Under the pieces are notes generated by a model. The model was not told the DNA's origin. It worked only from the letters and a program-made list of their open reading frames with translations, and did not search any database. Positions 12,172-23,903 of a stretch of 64,000 nt of DNA are shown piece after piece (the first letter of the stretch is position 1; each line of letters opens with the position of its first letter). A program made the position numbers and the translations under genes. The stretch covers positions 25,916,001-25,980,000 of the forward strand of contig NC_043012.1 of NCBI RefSeq assembly GCF_006345805.1, in the 5' to 3' direction. This DNA is from Octopus sinensis (Eukaryota).

Positions 12172-13738
12172 CTAGCATTATGACCCGTCGTTGCCGGGTC
12201 TAGTGCTAGTGCATGTATATATGTGTATATATATGTGTACATGTTACATGTACGTCTATATATATACACGTACACATAAAGTACAAAATACAAAGTTATA
12301 TCTTGATATCGCTAGTGATAACAATACACAAAATATATAACAGACTTGAATTATAGGCCCGTGTCTTGCAATTTCGATCAATTGGATCTTATTCTCCCTC
12401 TTGTATAGAAGTGTTGCTACAATCCTGCCTACCTCTACTTCTGGGGGTGGGGCATTTTAACTTTTATCCGGGACGTCCTACGTCCCAGATATAAAGGTAT
12501 AAATAAAATATTTCCACTTTGCAAGGTTCGAGTCGAGTAGTCCCTTGCACGTTCCGTTGACTCGAACCTTGCTTCTATCGTGGCGAATTTACCGCCTCTG
12601 GATAGATATCTTTCATAGTCGCACCAAGACACTTTTCGATGGTGCTTTCCTCCAGGTGTTCAAATTTTTTTTTCTCTATATTGTATACTTTATAGACAAT
12701 AGTCTTTTCTTTTCTTTAATTTTTTATTTCTTTTGGTGGTGTTATCCTAGATTCACCTTCTTTGTCGGTGATCAATCCGTATTTCTTCCATTTCAATTTC
12801 AATGAGTTCGCGCCCGCCAACGGCTGCAGCGAAATTCACTTTTGGACTTTCTTCTATCGAAGGCATTCTGACAAAAATGCTTCCGTGTAAACGGTGAATA
12901 TATTATCAATTTCCCCAAACAGGGACACAATTCAATTTTTAAACAATAACCAAAGCTCCTTCTCCCAAATGGGGTGGGGTTACAGTTTACAATTATTTAA
13001 CAAATGCAACACAACAATGTTTCCTTTACGAGGAACCAACAAACGTGATAACAATAGCTAAACAGTAATAACAATAACAATAAACCTTACGATGAGTCAG
13101 AAAGCAGTAAGCAGTTGAAGTCCTTTATGTATAAGAAATAAACCAACAGGAGCGGCTGTTCGAGAAAACAGATATTACATACAGCCAAACTTCATATAGA
13201 TAGTTAATGCTAGCTAATTAGCAGATAATCTAATGTAAAAGCCGTGGTAAAGGGTATTGCACACCCCCATCTGGACTATTCCATGTCTGCACGCTAATTT
13301 TATTTTTCATTTATTCCCATTCATGTGAAACCACTTATTCAAGTTCAAGTCATTGATGCAATTTTATACCAATTGCTATTTTTACTTTTGTTATGTTACG
13401 GTTATATTATACTTTAGTTCGATTTTAATTATTACTTACTACAAATAATTCAATTGTTATTATTATTTTTATTGTTAAAGTGAAGCATCTGACATAAAAT
13501 AGAGAATGTTTTTGTTTCACTTTTAACACGTAATACTGAAATAGTGAGAAATTATGATATTGCTATGGGCTCGCTCTAGGCAAGAAGTTGAACATTTTTT
13601 TGCCATGAAATACATGGACCCTAAGTAAGGCATGTGTAAAATTTGAATGAAATTGGTTGTGTAGTTCTCAAGTTTTAGGGAAAAACACACAGACAGACAG
13701 ACAGACAAAAACACATCTCAGTTTTATATATATATAGA
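12172..13738 (-). mobile_element. Non-autonomous Helitron, 1.57 kb
   Basis: A|TCTATATATATATAAAAC start with (GTCT)n, and 3' GACCCGGCAACGACGGGTC hairpin followed by CTAG|T. Confidence 0.85.
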
Positions 13739-13819
13739 TTATATATAATATGTGTGTGTGGTGTGTGTGAGTTCTGCGTGTCTGTGAATATATATGCATA
13801 CACATATATATACGTACAT

Positions 13820-14013
13820 TTTGTCTCCTCGCCATAACTTGACAACCGATGCTGATGTGTTTATTCCTACGTGAACTAGCAGCTCGTCAAAGGGGAAAAT
13901 GCATCAAGTACTAGGTTTACTTAGAATAAGGCACTGGGGTGGATTTCTTAGACTAAACCCCTCTAAAGTGGTGCTCCAGCACGGCTGCAGTCAAATGGGT
14001 GAAACAACTAAAA
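13820..14013 (+). mobile_element. SINE family A 3' half
   Basis: CTTGACAACCGATGCTG..GGTGCTCCAGCACGGCTGCAGTCAAATG..GAAACAA. Confidence 0.85.
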
Positions 14014-14014
14014 T

Positions 14015-14212
14015 GTCCGGTATTCGCCATGATAGATCGTTAGCTACTAAACCTTTTTTTTTTTCTCTCCCTGTTTATTTCTGTGTTTGTTTTCTGTCGA
14101 AGAGCGTAGGCTCGAAACGTAGACGACTTTCTCATATCCCGAGCGTTAAACTAATACATCTCTTTGTTGTTTACACACCTGTCTTCGTGTTTTTTTTGTT
14201 GTAAATTCTTAC
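14015..14212 (+). mobile_element. Penelope-like 3' terminus with decayed hammerhead motif
   Basis: CTGTCGA-A-GAGC(GTAG)GCTC-GAAACGTA followed by a U-rich tail and (TA)n. Confidence 0.7.
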
Positions 14213-14218
14213 CATATA

Positions 14219-14269
<51 letters not shown>

Positions 14270-14270
<1 letters not shown>

Positions 14271-14693
14271 GGTAGTGGGTAGCGATTTTCTTTACTACTT
14301 CAGGGAGAGACGACTCGCCTGACACGAGTCCGAGGCTCAGCTGGCTCCTGCTGACAGTACCCGGTATGGGCCCCTATCCAGGGTTACGGAAAGAAGACAG
14401 CCTTCAAAGAAATACGGATTGGAGCCCCGTAGTCGGTTAAGTGTTCTACTCGACACTCTTCCGGCAGCTCCTGCAACCAAGCTGGTGCCAAACGTAATGC
14501 TCTGTACTCCTTGATGTCTACGTCAGCAAGGTCGAGAGAGTATTGAGTTACCCAGGATTTTCTTACATCTAGCCAAGGCCTGCGCAAGACAGGAGAGGAA
14601 ACTGGAGAGGACATGAAATGTAAAAACCAGACTGGATTAGTTTATGCGAAACTCCATTGTCTCCCGAGACAAAAGGATGCCAACAACAACAAC
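14270..14693 (+). mobile_element. Probable RTE-related non-autonomous retroelement ending in (CAA)n
   Basis: GC-rich block flanked by (TA)n, ending GGATGCCAACAACAACAAC, an RTE-style tail. No convincing ORF. Confidence 0.45.
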
Positions 14694-14697
14694 ATAT

Positions 14698-14729
<32 letters not shown>

Positions 14730-15244
14730 ACCAAACAAAGAATAAAGTGGTCTAAAAGGGACACAGGGAGACATGGTCATACAGACTGAGGGGATTACAA
14801 CATTGTGATATATCCAAGATTTTAGAAATTTCTCGATGACCTACAAGAAAGATACTGGAAGATAATGTCGTATCACATATGTGATACCGAAGAAATATTC
14901 CTTTAATGCGTTCTTCAACTAAATCTTTTTATCAGCACAGTAGAAGATTGCTGCCTTATTTAATACCCCAAGTATTTGTTATCATTCCCGGTTTTGATAT
15001 AGTTACATAGGAATTTGAATATCCGATAAGCCAAAATATATTGTCCGCATTGTGATCTAAACATTTACGGGTATTTATGGAATACAGTAAAGATTCCATT
15101 GTAATAATGAAGGCTTTCGAATAATTTCAGATAGAACGAATAGAAAATCTATAATAATTGCATATTAATATTTTCTAATTCAACAGATATTTAATATTAA
15201 GGATAAGATCCAATATATCTATTCATAGCAAAATCGATCTATAG

Positions 15245-15480
15245 ACGACTAGCACTCCGTCGGCTACGACGATGGGTGTTCTAGTTTATCTGTTCGACGA
15301 AGCATCCTGCTCGTGGAATTACAGGTGCTACTCGTTTTTTTTTCTTTTTGCTGAGTGGACTGGAGAAAAGAGAAATTAAAAACGTCTTGCTCAAGGAAAC
15401 AACATCACGCTGCCTGGAATCGAACTCACAACGTTACGATCGCAAGCCGAATAACCTAACCACTAAGAGACACGCCTTCA
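15245..15480 (-). mobile_element. tRNA SINE (family C head, RTE-like tail)
   Basis: Minus strand GGCGTGTCTCTTAGTGGTTAGG..GAGTTCGATTCC..CCTTGAGCAAGAC; tail CATCGTCGTAGCCGACGGAGTGC. Confidence 0.8.
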
Positions 15481-15702
15481 TATATATTCACATATAAAAT
15501 ACATGAATAGTGTAGGGAGACGTATAAGAAAATAGTAGGTTCACAGAAATCAGAAACGTTAAAAGAGAAATAAGAAAATAGTAGGTTCACGTCACTTAAA
15601 ATATATTGGGTAGTGAATATTTTTAGAAATTTCACCACCAGTGGCTTAGCATGTGTAAAATGTCAATAGACAACATATTCTCAATATAAAATAGTGTACA
15701 TT

Positions 15703-16022
15703 TAAACACAAGAAAAATTACCTTTAACAGGTAATTTTACACGCTAGAAGAAGCAGTGAAAACGGCCAATTTTCCATTCCCTTCGAAATTGCTTTTAAAT
15801 GTGATTTTGATCGTTTTGACTGCTTCTTCTAGCGTATAAAATTACCTGATAAAGGTAATTTCTCTTGTGTTTACCTTTCTTTTTTCTATGTTTGTGACGA
15901 AGAGCTCCGCTTGAAACGTTAAATTCTCCTTCTTTCCTTCTTTCCTGAGCGTCCAATAACACTATACTTGTTCCACGTCCTCGCGTTGTTGTGTTTTCTC
16001 TTTGTTCATCTTTGGTTTAACT
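15703..16022 (+). mobile_element. Penelope-like terminus with inverted partial copy and decayed hammerhead
   Basis: 62-bp inverted repeat (15703-15764 / 15812-15873), then GTGACGA-A-GAGC(TCC)GCTT-GAAACGTT and a U-rich tail before (TA)n. Confidence 0.65.
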
Positions 16023-16039
16023 ATATATATATATATATA

Positions 16040-16202
16040 TGATGGTTTTCTTTCAATTTCCGTCTACCAAATTCACTCACAATGTTCTGGTCGGACTGAG
16101 GCTATAGAAGGAGACACTTGCCCAAGGTGCCACGCAGTAGGACTGCATCTAGAGCCATGTGGTTCATAAGAAAGTACTTACTACACAGCCACTTCTGCAC
16201 CT
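16040..16202 (-). mobile_element. SINE family A 5' half
   Basis: Reverse complement of head and body up to the microsatellite. Confidence 0.85.
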
Positions 16203-16231
16203 ATGCTTATATATACATACATTCATATATA

Positions 16232-16273
<42 letters not shown>

Positions 16274-16785
16274 ACATATATATATAGATATATATAATAT
16301 ATATATATATTAATAGATATACATACATTATTATGTGTATGTATATAGTAATCTATCTATCTGTGTCTTCTCTGCCTGTCTTTCTCTCTCTACCCATTCT
16401 CTCCCTTTCTCACTCTCTGTAGCAGCCACATACAAACTGGCGACTAATATCAGTAGGTGAAAAGTATGGTACAGGCTCCTATGTTATATTCGATATCAAG
16501 TGGAAGCCATCATTATTTAATCCTGCGTATCCAATCTCGCTAGGATAAACAATCATATTAAACACCACTGGAGATGCCCGCCTATGCGCTTAACACGTAT
16601 GTGTGTGTGTTTGTGCGTGTCTATAGTGTTTTGTATGTGTCTAATGTGTCTGTATGCACGTGAGTGAGTGTGTGTGTGTGTTCGTATGAATGCATTTGTG
16701 CGTGTGTGCACATGCGTGTGTGTTTATGGGTATGTATATATATTTATACGCATTTACACAGTTATACACTCATTCACTAGCAAAT

Positions 16786-16920
16786 ATTACGGCGGCGAGC
16801 CGTCAGGATCGTTAACATTTCGAACGAAATGCTTAGCGGCATTTCGTCCGTCTTTATGCTCTGACTTTTAATGCCATTGAGGTCGATTTTTGCCTTCCAT
16901 CCTTTGGTCAATAAAATAAA
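16786..16920 (+). mobile_element. SINE family B, degenerate 5' part
   Basis: GGCGGCGAGCCGTCAGGATCGTTAAC..GAAATGCTTAGCGGCATTTCGTC..GAGGTCGA..GCCTTCCATCCTTT. Confidence 0.8.
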
Positions 16921-17879
16921 CGCTATTGAGCACGGGCGCAGAGGGAGATTGATGTTATATGCAGGCAGCAGGATCTCACAAATACTTTGGGCTCTGGGCT
17001 CTTCGTTTTTTCTTTTCCATTTTAATCTGCAGAGGATTTTACTAATGATCTTTCGGAGAATGACTATAAATCTATTGCTGCTCATTGTAATTATATGTAA
17101 CATTTTGATTTCGTACTCAGCGACATGATGTCGCAGTTTTCATTTTTAGATAAACCAACGAAAATTCAACACAATTTGCGAGCTCAAGCTTACTAGGTAA
17201 CGTTACGGCAACAATTATTATTTTTATCATTGCCATATGAGGCTTGAAATTATTTTAATTCGTTGTTTATCTTCGCATCTAAAGATAGTAATACGGCTTT
17301 GAAACTCATGTTTGAAAATGCTTTTATACACTCCGATATGCAGATGCATATGACTATGCATCTTCGTAATCGTTTGTGGATACATAAACAACCCATTATA
17401 TCAGTATATTAAAAGTCGTATCTTCCGGTCCTGGTTCTAAATTCTATATAATACTTGTAGAGATAGAATAAAAGTGATTGAATCGCACTGCTAACACAAA
17501 AATATAGGACACGGTATTAATTTTAGTATAATTGGTTGCATATTATGATTGCGAAAATGCTTGGTACTATATGATTGCTACAAGCAATTAATATTTGAGT
17601 ATGTGTACGTGAAGGCATGCTAGTACGTGTGCATATGAGAATGCATGTGAATACATCATCAATAAATGTTTTCTTGATCAACGTAAGTAAGAATGATTCG
17701 TAAATATACAGTTTCATTTATTCGGAGAGAGGAGGCGAGAAAAAGAGGGAGAGAGAGACAGACAGAGTTAAGTGCTCTACTGTGATTGAGATCCGTCGAA
17801 AAACACATAACGGAACATCAGACACAGAATTACCAGATTATTATATATTTATGAAATGGGTATGATAATCTGAGAGGAT

Positions 17880-18010
17880 GTAAACTCTTTTTTCTCCTTT
17901 TCTTTCCTTTTCCTCTGAAACCTGGCGAAGGAATAAATCCGAAACGTTGGATATTCCAGTCCTCACAGAAAGTTCACTGTACCCCCTTTCCTTTTTTCCA
18001 CTCTTTATAT
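17880..18010 (+). mobile_element. Penelope-like 3' terminus with decayed hammerhead motif
   Basis: CCTGGCGA-A-GGA(ATAAA)TCC-GAAACGTT. Confidence 0.6.
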
Positions 18011-18168
18011 ATGAAATGCTTGAGTCAAGGAAGAGATTTCGCATTTAAATATTTCTCATCTTATGCTGAACATAATGTCACGTAAACCAAACTAAAATGT
18101 ACATCTGTGATCCGTTTGAGAGTAATTTAACTATGTCCAAATGCTAATGCATGTTTGTGGGTATGCAA

Positions 18169-18211
<43 letters not shown>

Positions 18212-18345
18212 CATGTATATTTGCATGCATGTAAGCTTGTATGTGTGTACATGTATATGCATGTACATATATGTACTTATATATATATATGTGTATATAT
18301 AAATATATAAATATATATATATATTTACATGCATATTTGTATGCT

Positions 18346-18376
<31 letters not shown>

Positions 18377-19134
18377 GTAAATGTATTTATGCATGTATGC
18401 ATGTATGCTTTTATGTATGTATGCATGGATGTATATGCAAAATTGATATTTATGCATCAAGTTACGCCAGACAACCGGTTACAGAAATAATGGTTTTGAT
18501 ATATTCACTATATTTCTTTTGTAATCCATTGAATTTGGGATTCCATTTTGAATCCAGAAATCATAAATCTCATAGATTCTTCAAACGCATCGAACACACA
18601 CGCACACTCACACACACACACATACACACAAACGCAAACACACATATATGGTAGTTATATTAAAGCTGACATAGCATATATATAGATAAGAATATAGTTA
18701 TGGTCATGATGCCTACGTTTAATTTACAGGCTCACCGATATTCATACACGCACACATACACTCAGACACGTATGTACGTACATGCATAACTATATAAATA
18801 AATATACATATATATACATATACATATATATGTGTGTGTGTGAGAGAGAGAGGGAGATAGAGAGAGATAGAGAGAGAGAGTGTGTGTGTACGCGTGTGTA
18901 TACGACGCTGAAACGTGGAATAGATTTCACGATATTGTGTAAGCCACATCATATTTATATACTTACACAAAATACAGCATTCAGGTTAATTACTTGTACA
19001 CCACACACACACACACACAGCTACACCTGCACACACAGGCACACATACACACAAACATGCACACACACGTCCACATATAAAACACACAAATACACACACA
19101 TATACATATATGTGTGTGTGTATATGTATATATA

Positions 19135-19362
19135 TCTATATATATAAAAGAAAAGTTGTGTGGTGTCTGTCTCCTACGATTTAGATTCCTAATACTCCCA
19201 TATTTTGCGGTGCAGTTTAACAAAAAGCGGGCATCTTATAGTCGTGATTCATATCGAGCCCTTCTGATTTACCATCATTTTTTTTTCATTTTAATGCATT
19301 TTTTGCTAGTATATAAGGGAAGTAACTCTCTAAAAATTCTTATATAGTTATTTCCCTTACAA
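19135..19362 (+). mobile_element. Second copy of the 10.6-kb Helitron family, cut by the gap
   Basis: A|TCTATATATATAAAAG start; near-identical reverse complement of 10640-11004. Confidence 0.9.
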
Positions 19363-19462
19363 NNNNNNNNNNNNNNNNNNNNNNNNNNNNNNNNNNNNNN
19401 NNNNNNNNNNNNNNNNNNNNNNNNNNNNNNNNNNNNNNNNNNNNNNNNNNNNNNNNNNNNNN
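19363..19462. other. Assembly gap (100 N)
   Basis: Run of N. Confidence 1.
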
Positions 19463-19650
19463 AGCGAATATAAGCTACGGGAAACTAGTCGGAGAGAGGA
19501 GAGAGAGGAAAGACACTCAACAACAACAACCGCAGCAGCCGCAGCAGCCACAGAGATACAGAGGCACAACCCGAGAGAGACACCAAGAGAAAGCAACAGA
19601 CAATGGTAACACTGGCTTATATTCAACAACTAGTTTATATGACAATCAAT

Positions 19651-20509
19651 TGTTACAACATCAAATACATTTAAGGCAAACAACAAATCAATACATCTAC
19701 GGTATACCACATATCAAGCATTTAACAACAGCAATTCAGAGTACAATTCAAAGTTTCACGTCCGAAGACAACAGTCTATTAAAGTCTTTTTCTAACACAT
19801 CACAGATAACGTCACATCGACAGAGTCCTTCTTTTTCTCTCTTCTTTCTCTTCTTTTCTTTACATCGTGACACGAGATCAAGTACACAATCACATACCTC
19901 AATTCCTAACTGAATCGCCGTGTCCCATTCCGCACTCATCTCTCATACTGCTAATTCCTCTGTACATATTCCCCTCTGTGCCGCAGCTTTCTCTGCATCC
20001 CAACTTGCTCCTAACATTCCACCGCTTGCTCCTAAATTCCAGAATCCTACTGTGTTCTCTTTCGACTACCGGCGGCTCCCAACTGCCCAGAACCTCACTT
20101 CCTTGTCCTGACTTCCACTCCCTCCAATCTCCCTCTGTCCTACCACTTATAGCCTTTCTATTTGCTATCTGATTCCTTACTCTATCTCTATCGCCTGCTA
20201 GATTCTTCCTCTCTATCTGCTCTCAGATTCCCTTACTGCCTATCTCTATCCTCAATCTGTCCCCTACTGCTTATACTCTATCTCTATCGCCTGCTGCCTA
20301 TTACCCTCTCTATCTGCTCTCAGATTCCCTTAATCTGTCTTCCTCGGGGTGTCTAGAACGACCCCTAATTCACCCGCACAAGGTCACAGGTCCTTCCAAA
20401 ACCCATTAGTCTTCCGTAAACAAAGGGCTGTCACTTTTCACTACCACTCCCAGACATGCCGGTGCCACATCCAATGTGGGTCACCGGGAATACTGCACTA
20501 CTAACCGTA

Positions 20510-20512
<3 letters not shown>
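19651..20512 (-). mobile_element. LTR-like segment with TGTTAC...GTAACA termini
   Basis: 6-bp terminal inverted repeat starting TG and ending CA, with an internal ~55-bp duplication. No matching TSD. Confidence 0.4.
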
Positions 20513-20578
<66 letters not shown>

Positions 20579-21174
20579 CAACAGACGCATATTTAAGATT
20601 GGAGGCCCGGCCTTTCGAGTTCTTTTACAACGCCTAGAAAAACTGGAGGACCGTTGCAATAAGTGCGTGAATCTGATAGTGGAATATGTTGACTAAAACC
20701 ATAATCAACTGAACGCCGTGTATATTCATTGTTTTGTGTTACTGTGTGTGTGAGCGCGCGCGTCATTAAGGAATGTGTCGCTTCTTCTGGTAGCATATAG
20801 CTCTATATTACCTGATTCACGATCGAGTGTCGGCTACGAGGTCCCCCCCTCCTTACGTTGCCTGCTAGATGAGAAAGGCACTGAGAATACTCTGCTGTGT
20901 TAAAAACAAGCCATTTCAAAGGACGGACGAAACAGTTGTGAAACAATGGCCATGTTTATGAGCGTTGTCCTCTAAAAGCAATTCTGCACGTGTAGCTGGT
21001 TCAAGATTGTAGCCATTAAAGCTCCCATTAAAGACATATTATGCACTTGTGATGGAGTCGAATGATATCACAAGCAGCAAGCGTGTTTCTGCATATACAG
21101 ATAAATATAAGACGGATGACCACTAAGTGGACATGCTAGATGTAGACCCCATATGTATTTGCCTCCATCCTATT

Positions 21175-21643
21175 TGGCGTCTTCTTTGCAGAAAATCCTA
21201 GAAGGTCTAAGTACTTAACTTCCACATTGAGGGTTAAGCAAATGCCAGAATTGGCCGCTATTGTATTGTAACAGAAGCACCACCCACTCTTAATTCAGGA
21301 CCAGGTACTGCAATAGATTTTGAATGCAAAGGCCGACAGCTCTTCAATGCCGTGCCACAAAGATGATGAAATCTGCATAAGATGGAAGTAGATGTATTTC
21401 GAAAGGAACTAGACATCCTCCTTTCCACAATACCAGATGAATCAACAGCCCGATACGTGGTGCAGACGAGGGCAGCGGAAGCGAACACCTTTGTACACCA
21501 AATGGTCCAACAGCTGGGACAAAAGTAGACGCAGGAGTGGTGATGTGAAACACACCAGACTGAGGAAATCAATAAGACCGTGGTGGTGCTCCAGCATGAC
21601 CACACCCGCATGGCTAAAACGAGTAAAAGAGTAAAAGCGTAAA
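21175..21643 (+). mobile_element. CR1/L2-group LINE 3' end
   Basis: KILEGL..RIGRYCIV..KGRQLFNAVP..VDVFRKELDILLSTIPDE..RAAEANT; tail GGTGGTGCTCCAGCATG..GAGTAAAAGAGTAAAAG. Confidence 0.85.
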
Positions 21644-21797
21644 TGAAATATATACGTATTCATGCGCGTTTCTGAGTTTAAGAGGGTGTATATGCGTGCA
21701 TGAAATACTCTTGTGTCTGTGTATATATGTGGATGTATTTGAATCGGCCGCTGTCGGAAAATCAGACACTATGCACACAGACACGCAAGCACACAAA

Positions 21798-21860
<63 letters not shown>

Positions 21861-22363
21861 GGTGTATATATATATATATATAAAAGCAAATTCATATTCG
21901 CACTCATATTTAGCATTATATGCACAAGAATGAAATGCCAACCTCACTAATTAAACACTTGTATTGGATAGCTGATAGAAAAGTCTTTCCTTCAAAGCAT
22001 ATATACATCTATTAACCAACCAGTGTCAACTTCACTTTCTCGTAATCTAGACAATAGAGTTTTCGTCTTTAGATTTTTCTTGTTAACTTTAAAGGAACAA
22101 TTACGTTGTTGCTAACGGAAGACGTAATGATATATCGACTATGATGGTATTTCGTTCCTGCTAATAGAGTAAATGAGGTTATTGTAGAGCATTTCAACGA
22201 GTCTTAGTAATCTGCGACAGTTATCAAAGCAAAATGACATTGTATAAACTAGACTAAGAGAAATGTCAAGTGTTACAAATAAAGGAGAACCTCACACGTA
22301 TACTTACACGTGCACACAAACACACAAACACATACACACACACATATATATATAGATATATAT

Positions 22364-22449
<86 letters not shown>

Positions 22450-22625
22450 GAGGAAGACGTAGTCGGCATTTAGGATAATTATTTATTTCGTGCTTTCATT
22501 TCATTACAGAGATTCATCAAGAATACTTTTTGTTACATTTACGTGAGTTAGTTGAAAAGATCTGGACGTTAATGCTCTTTCTAATTTTGAATCTATATGT
22601 ATGTATGTGTGTGTATATATATATG

Positions 22626-22664
<39 letters not shown>

Positions 22665-22844
22665 GTGCGTGTGTGTGTATGTGCGTGCGTGTTATTTTGA
22701 CAACAATCAATTCTATACAAGGAGAATTTCGTATCAGCATTTTAGATCACAGCTTAAAAATCCAGCAGTTGTTTCAAAACGCATTTACACATACATATGT
22801 ATTTATTCATATACGCACAGACACAGACACAGACACACACACAG

Positions 22845-22894
<50 letters not shown>

Positions 22895-22899
<5 letters not shown>

Positions 22900-23818
22900 C
22901 AACAATTGAGGGTAAAATTAATTAATTATCAATCAATTTCACCAAGTATTCAGTATGTAAAGGGACCATTTAAGGCGAATTCAAAATATTACATTTTATA
23001 AAGGGCTTAGTAAAATAAATTACTTTGCCACATACTGAACTCATTAGAAATAGCAGCTAAAAAAACCTTTTTAGCCAAATTCTAATACTTAAAGAAAATT
23101 TCTCTCAGATAGTGCTTACTCAAAATAGCCCACGAAGGTATGGGGGTAAAAACATTAAAAAATCACATATGCAAAGGTTATTTGAGAACGTACGTCTCTA
23201 GATCAGCCAAATACAATTCGACATTTCTTTCGTCAGCCCAAAATTCCTTAATTCGGATTTGTAAACACTGAAAGTAGGAGCATACCCTTTTGGCGTCTTT
23301 TCACCTTCGAAGATCCGTTCAGACTACCAGTGCCAACAAATTCAAAATGTGCAAGCGAAGTATTTCTGCCCTCCCCTTTCCACCCACGTGGGCTAAGTTA
23401 GCAAACACCATAATTTTATCGGTGAAAACCGAAGCATTAAACAGAGAGAAACGTGGGTGGAAAGGGGAGGGCAGAAATTCTTCGCTTGCACATTTTGAAT
23501 TTGTTGGCACTGGTAGTCTGAACGGATCTTCGAAGGTGAAAAGTCGCCAAAAGGGTATGCTCCTACTTTCAGTGTTTACAAATCCGAATTAAGGAATTTT
23601 GGGCTGACGAAAGAAATGTCGAATTGTATTTGGCTGATCTAGAAACGTACGTTCTCAAATAACCTTTGCATATGTGATTTTTTAATGTTTTTACCCCCAT
23701 ACCTTCGTGGGCTATTTTGAGTAAGCACTATCTGAGAGAAAGGTTTTTTTAGCTGCTATTTCTAATGAGTTCAGTATGTGGCAAAGTAATTTATTTTACT
23801 AAGCCCTTTATAAAATGT
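22895..23818. mobile_element. Fold-back element with ~400-bp arms, probably a PLE terminus
   Basis: Arms 22991-23389 and 23451-23818, flanked by (TA)n; homologous to 54070-54360. Confidence 0.75.

Positions 23819-23903
<85 letters not shown>

Noticed and set aside
14310-14420. Possible HDV-like ribozyme at the 5' end of the RTE-related element
   Set aside because: Only a simple hairpin (GACTCG/CGAGTC); I could not build the nested double pseudoknot.
14856-14900. CTGGAAGA..palindrome..CGAAG hammerhead-like string
   Set aside because: The core is non-canonical and its orientation conflicts with the adjacent tail.
16921-17210. ORF KIISKILCRLK.. and a 47-nt AG/GT-bounded segment
   Set aside because: Only faint RT resemblance; the micro-exon ends in a stop and has no support.
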